Origin: Monocercomonoides exilis PA203 | Lineage: Eukaryota > Protista > Preaxostyla | Reading direction: 5' to 3' | Length of the DNA: 64,000 nt | NCBI GenBank assembly: GCA_001643675.2 | Contig: LSRY02000026.1 | Location: forward strand, 1,116,001-1,180,000 | Shown: positions 60,549 through 64,000 of the stretch, piece by piece | Position numbering within the stretch: position 1 is the first letter of the stretch | Layout: each line of letters begins with the position of its first letter | Notes under the pieces: generated by a model | Databases searched by the model: none | What the model saw: only the letters and a program-made list of their open reading frames with translations | Told to the model about the DNA's origin: nothing | Made by a program: the position numbers and the translations under genes

Positions 60549-61063
60549 CCGAAAAAAATTAACAAACAACAGATATTTCAAGAGTTCAAAGAAAAACAAC
60601 CTGTCTATTGAAACTGCTTTCGTTTTATATCTCTTTGTGAATGTTTTGATATTTATTTTTTCTTTTTATAATTAAGTTTTAAAAAAATCTGGAAAAAAAA
60701 TTTTTTTTTGCATTTTGTGAAATTATTTATCAAACCATTTATTTTTGCTTTTGAATTTTCATTTTTCAAAACGCATAACCAAAATGAATAACAACAAAAT
60801 CTGTTGAAAATGTTTATTTTAATGATTTGTTATGCACAAAAAAGAAAATCATTATCTTTTGAAAAAGTGATTACAGAATAAAGTTGTTGACTTTTCAGTC
60901 AGAAAAAACAAATTATTTATCCCATTTCCAAGAAGAAGAAAAAGAAACATTCTCGTTTGTGCACTTTGATGAATAAGAAATACAACATTTTCAATTGATT
61001 GTTATTACCAAAAAGCACGAATAACTTTTTTTGTGTCGATAATAAAGGGAATTTTTCCTTGTG

Positions 61064-61396
61064 TAATTTCATCGGTTATAATCACACTGAAATCGTGAAT
61101 AATCACAATTTTGAAAATTTATTCATATTTTTCTGTCAATTTTGAAATTTTTGAAAAAATGAAAGTTGTTTTATTCTACTATATAATAAACAAAAATATT
61201 CATTTAAACATTACAACTTGAAAAAATCGACACAAATGTGTGGATTTAAATAAAGATTGAAAAAAAAAAATATTTATATTCTAAATAAAATTCAGATAAA
61301 CTTTTCAATGAAAAAGATGTTTCGGTAATAATCAAGTTCGGTTTTAATCACAAAAAATCGTGCAAAATGGATTGTGATTATAACCGAGCTTGACTG
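61064..61396. mobile_element. pogo/Tigger-like MITE relic
   Basis: The right end reads TA|CAGTCAAGCTCGGTTATAATCACA on the minus strand. TCGGTTATAATCACA is mirrored at 61072-61086. The left terminus is degenerate. Confidence 0.55.
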
Positions 61397-62090
61397 TATT
61401 TCAATTTCGAAAAAGAATAAATTAATTTCGAAATTCATTTATAACTGAAATTTTTAATTAATCTCGAGAAAGGATTTCAGAAAATTTCGAGTTATTTTTT
61501 AACCAATCATATATTGTTTCTCAAAGAAAAATGTTTTTTAAATTGCAATTTTTGATAAAAAAAATTATTTAAAGTTTATTATCAATTTCAAAAATCATCA
61601 CTCCAAAGATTAATTAATAGAAGAATAATTCATTTTCTGATTAACCTGATGAAAAGAAAAAATTTTCTTCTCATTTATGGAATTGCAAAAGAAAGTGAAA
61701 ATATTCCCATCTATTTTTTCGGTTTCTTTGGTGAAAATAAGGAAAATAACTATTTTAAACATGAAAATGAATTCATTTTATTTTTGAATCAACTTGAAAT
61801 TAAATATTTTTCATACAAAATGAAAAAAATAATTTTTTTTATTTGATAATGCATCATTTTTCTAATATTGATAATCAAAATGAAACAATGAGATAATAAT
61901 TTCGAGAATATAAAAAGAAAAACATAAATTATTCGTTCAACAAATCAAAAATACTTTCATTCCGAAATTGATTTAAACTTTTACGAAATCGAATTAATAA
62001 ATAACGAAATTGAATTATTAATTTTCGAATTCGAATTATTTATGGTGTATTTGTCAACATTATCAGTATATAAGCAAACCCTGAAAATAT

Positions 62091-62357
62091 GGGACAAAAT
62101 ATAAGAATTCAGGTATTTTCATCAAAAAATTATACACCATAGGTTAACTTTTTGTGATCAAAAAATTTGAAACAAATACGTCCATTTTTTGACATTCATG
62201 TAATGTTGGAAAACTTTATGTTATCATTTCTACAATGACTGTTTACGGATATGAAAATCAAATTTATTTTGAAATCTGAGAAAGTTACATGAATAATGAG
62301 CGAAGTTGTTTTTTTGTGCTTTGTGCAATAAAAGCTTGAAAGTCCGTATTTTCCCCC
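62091..62357 (-). mobile_element. 267-bp GGG...CCC element (same family as 22945-23213), flanks ATAT/ATTT
   Basis: ATAT|GGGACAAAATA ... GCTTGAAAGTCCGTATTTTCCCCC|ATTT. Confidence 0.82.
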
Positions 62358-62386
62358 ATTTGAATAAAAAATTGAAAAACTTATAT

Positions 62387-62654
62387 GGGGGAAAATATGG
62401 ATATTCAAGCTTTATATGCACAAAGCATGAAAAAATTGTTTCCCTTTTAACATTTTTAAACTTTATCATATTTCAAGATAAATTAGATTTTCATAACTGC
62501 AAATAAACATCATTGATATTATAACATAATGTTTTGTGACATCAAACGTATTTCAAAATATAAACCCATTTGTTTCATATTTTTTGATCTCAAAATATCA
62601 ATGGAGAGTGCATGATTTTTCAACGAAAATGCACGAAGTCAAATATTTAGTCCC
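62387..62654 (+). mobile_element. 268-bp GGG...CCC element, ATAT TSD, head-to-head with the previous copy
   Basis: ATAT|GGGGGAAAATATGGATATTCAAGC ... AAATATTTAGTCCC|ATAT. Confidence 0.85.
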
Positions 62655-63608
62655 ATATCATAATACAATATTCATAAGAAAAAACGTTTGTTAATTCTTT
62701 TCAAGATTCGCAAAAAAAAGAACACAATTGTGTTTTGTGTATTTATTCGAACATTTTCATGAATCCTGTTATTTTTGCTTTTTTTCTTCTTTTCTTTTTC
62801 TTTTCTTTCTTTTTTTTCTTTTTTGTTTTTATTGTTGAAATTCAATAAATACATTATAAAAAATAAAAAAACAAACATCTGCAAGTTTATTTATCTATTT
62901 TTAAAGAGAACAAATTTTTATTGTTTCAATTTTAGTCTTTGATAAAGATCAAAGGAATTATTTATTTATTTTTGATCGTTTGTTTTGCTTGTTTTAAAGC
63001 AATTTTTTTCCATGTTTGCTTTTAATTACAATGTCATAAAACATGCAAAATGAAGTTTTATTATTGGATACGTTTTATGTTTTTATCTTTTTTCTCTCTT
63101 GTTTTTCACATTTCATCATTAGTGTCAAGAAATATGGCACAATCTTTTTGAAAAGTCGGAAAACTTTAATTTGCCACCCTTTAAAGATCAAAAAATATTA
63201 AATTTTCTATTCTATTGTTTTAATCAAAATCCACTATTGTATTTAAACAATTGTTCATTTTAGTGATGTTTTGGATTTTTTTGTGAAAGTTCTGTTTTTC
63301 ATGTTAAATTTTTATTATTTATTTTCGATCAAACAAAAATATTCTGTGAGTCATTGCAATTAAAGAAAGGCACGATTTTGTAGAAATGACGGAGAATTCG
63401 GAATAATAGTTGATTTCTTTTTAGAAAAACACGCAAAATTTGTTGAAATTCTCTTTTTTCAAAACAAAATAAGGAGTTTGAAAATGCGATGAATTTTGCC
63501 AAGATCACAAATCAATAGTCAAATTTTTGAAAATGAAGGTGTGAAAGTTTTTCAGTTTGTTATGAAAATTTCATTTATAACTATTTTTGTTATCAGACGT
63601 ACACATAT

Positions 63609-63647
63609 GGGGGAAAATACGGACTTTCAAGCTTTTTATGCACAAAG
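63609..63647 (+). mobile_element. Truncated or interrupted left end of the 268-bp family
   Basis: ATAT|GGGGGAAAATACGGACTTTCAAGCTTTTTATGCACAAAG, followed by unrelated sequence. Confidence 0.75.
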
Positions 63648-63976
63648 TAAACATGTGTGACTTTGTGGCTGTTGACAGATAAAATTGGTTTCCTGACGGA
63701 CCGAGTAATAATGTTCACGTCAGAACCTCAATTATTGGAACGAATAATTGCAAATGCAAATATTATTAAATATTTATTCAAATAAACGAAGAATGAAAAT
63801 GCATTTTTAAAAAAAGGATGATAAAAAATCATATTTGAAATGAATTGATCATCGGACCGTCAGTGAAGTTAGTGAAGTCAGTGACTGTTAATGGAGTCAG
63901 CATTCTGCAGGGAAGTATTTTTTAATTAATTTATGAAACAAAGAAAAGTTCGAAGAATAAAAAAAATTGAATATAT

Positions 63977-64000
63977 GGGTCATTCTTTTTGAAAAGTCGC
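63977..64000 (+). mobile_element. Terminus of another copy of the 240-bp MITE family (runs off the window)
   Basis: ATAT|GGGTCATTCTTTTTGAAAAGTCGC has one mismatch to the TIR at 20283. Confidence 0.8.

Noticed and set aside
1-64000. tRNA, rRNA or other structured RNA genes
   Set aside because: None was recognised by eye. A covariance-model scan (tRNAscan-SE, Infernal/Rfam) would be needed to exclude them.

Overview
AT-rich eukaryotic genomic DNA with short GT-AG introns, (TCT)n tracts and expanded lineage-specific gene families. The style resembles the oxymonad Monocercomonoides; this is an inference and was not checked against a database. Most of the window is decayed transposons and pseudogenes. 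Mobile content: (1) two divergent, inactivated DIRS-type tyrosine-recombinase retrotransposons at ~3.3-8.5 kb (minus) and ~24.0-28.7 kb (plus), the second with full ITR/ICR architecture and a palindromic att-like junction; (2) a Tc1 DD34E transposon; (3) one clear and one doubtful hAT-like transposase relic; (4) a pogo-like MITE; (5) a recurrent set of short non-autonomous elements with GGG...CCC ends and 4-bp ANAT target-site duplications, two of them inserted precisely into transposase genes. Host-type genes: the 3' part of a protein kinase, two paralogs of an alpha-helical family, an intronless P-loop GTPase, and a ~3050-codon beta-helix receptor with a cytosolic pseudokinase split by one TAG. 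A heavily decayed PrimPol-like primase relic is proposed at ~13.1-14.2 kb. All homology calls come from motif recognition by eye.
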